A stretch of 64,000 bases of DNA from the NCBI GenBank assembly GCA_964304625.1, contig OZ199839.1, positions 5,584,111 through 5,648,110 of the forward strand. Direction: 5' to 3'. Within the stretch, counting starts at the first letter, position 1. The number at the start of each line of letters is the position of its first letter. Source of the DNA: Kudoa neothunni (taxonomy: Eukaryota > Animalia > Cnidaria). Positions 63,237 to 64,000 of this stretch are shown piece after piece. The notes beneath the pieces are model-generated. The model worked only from the letters and a program-made list of their open reading frames with translations, had not been told where the DNA came from and made no database searches. A program made the position numbers and the translations under genes.

Positions 63237-64000
63237 TGTGTAAATATTGTTACATTTCTTCGGAGTATGATTGTATTTATAGGTGTATCTGTGCGTTTTT
63301 TTAATTCTAATATTTATTTCAAGTTGCCAATTGATTTATACTATTTTAAACATCGCAACGTAATGCTGAGCAGAATAACAGAAAATGATGGAAAACAATG
63401 CTTATTTAATTAAAAAATCATTATTTATGTTTTCTAATGCATTCTAAAACACAAAACTTGTCAATATGTTGAACAATTATACCATATGTTTTTTAATGTA
63501 TTCTACAACGAAGAAATGAGAGAATACGATGAAAAGTCATTGTATTTTGAATAACTGGTATCAAAATAATGAGAGACCCTCTAATATGTTACATAACCAA
63601 TATACGTACGACTGGCCCATCACTGTTATTGAAATAATCCACGAGGAATAAAATATTTGTTCATTGATAAACGGTTTAGAATATCCAACATTAAATAATG
63701 ACGTTTCTAATTATTGTATTATAGCAATCAGTAACAATACCCAATCACCAAAATATTAGGGAAATATCTTTGAACTCGATTAATAATTTAATCAAGCTCA
63801 AAACAAATACTTGAACGCAAACAGAAAATATTAAATCGCGCATAAAAAATAGAAAATAAAAATATATTAAAGTAAAAAAATTGAGTTGGATAATAAAATA
63901 GCAATCACAAATTATTAATCATTTTTCGATGTGTCCCAACAAAATTCCCTTAACATTAGCATTCCAAGAATCGCCTGTTTCTCAATATCTCTCAAAGCGT

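Noticed and set aside
1-64000. tRNA, rRNA or snRNA genes
   Set aside because: None recognisable by eye. A tRNAscan-SE/Infernal run would be needed to exclude small ncRNAs in the long introns.

Overview
This is very AT-rich eukaryotic, probably animal, DNA with highly divergent genes and mostly tiny (about 30-50 nt) GT-AG introns. That architecture suggests a compact, fast-evolving genome such as a parasitic metazoan (inference; the taxon cannot be fixed from this window). Bases 1-16.1 kb are a nested graveyard of DNA transposons: hAT (Buster/SPIN-like), pogo/Tigger, two near full-length piggyBacs plus piggyBac MITEs, and a Merlin-like long-TIR element. Next come a PLD3/PLD4-like gene with an in-frame 87-codon Gln/His/Glu tract (17.2-19.1 kb) and an unrecognised ~7 kb multi-exon gene for a type I surface protein built from tandem FN3-like modules sharing a four-Cys motif (22.3-29.2 kb), the most novel item here. 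A tightly packed housekeeping cluster follows: COASY, RIC1, TUBGCP4, BPNT1, CRLS1 and SPCS3. Several host genes show +/-1 shifts in homopolymer runs, most simply explained as consensus errors. NRF1-type GCGCNTGCG motifs and GCGCGC runs appear strongly over-represented in the AT-rich non-coding DNA. Exon models were read by eye, and gene names rest on remembered family motifs, not database searches.
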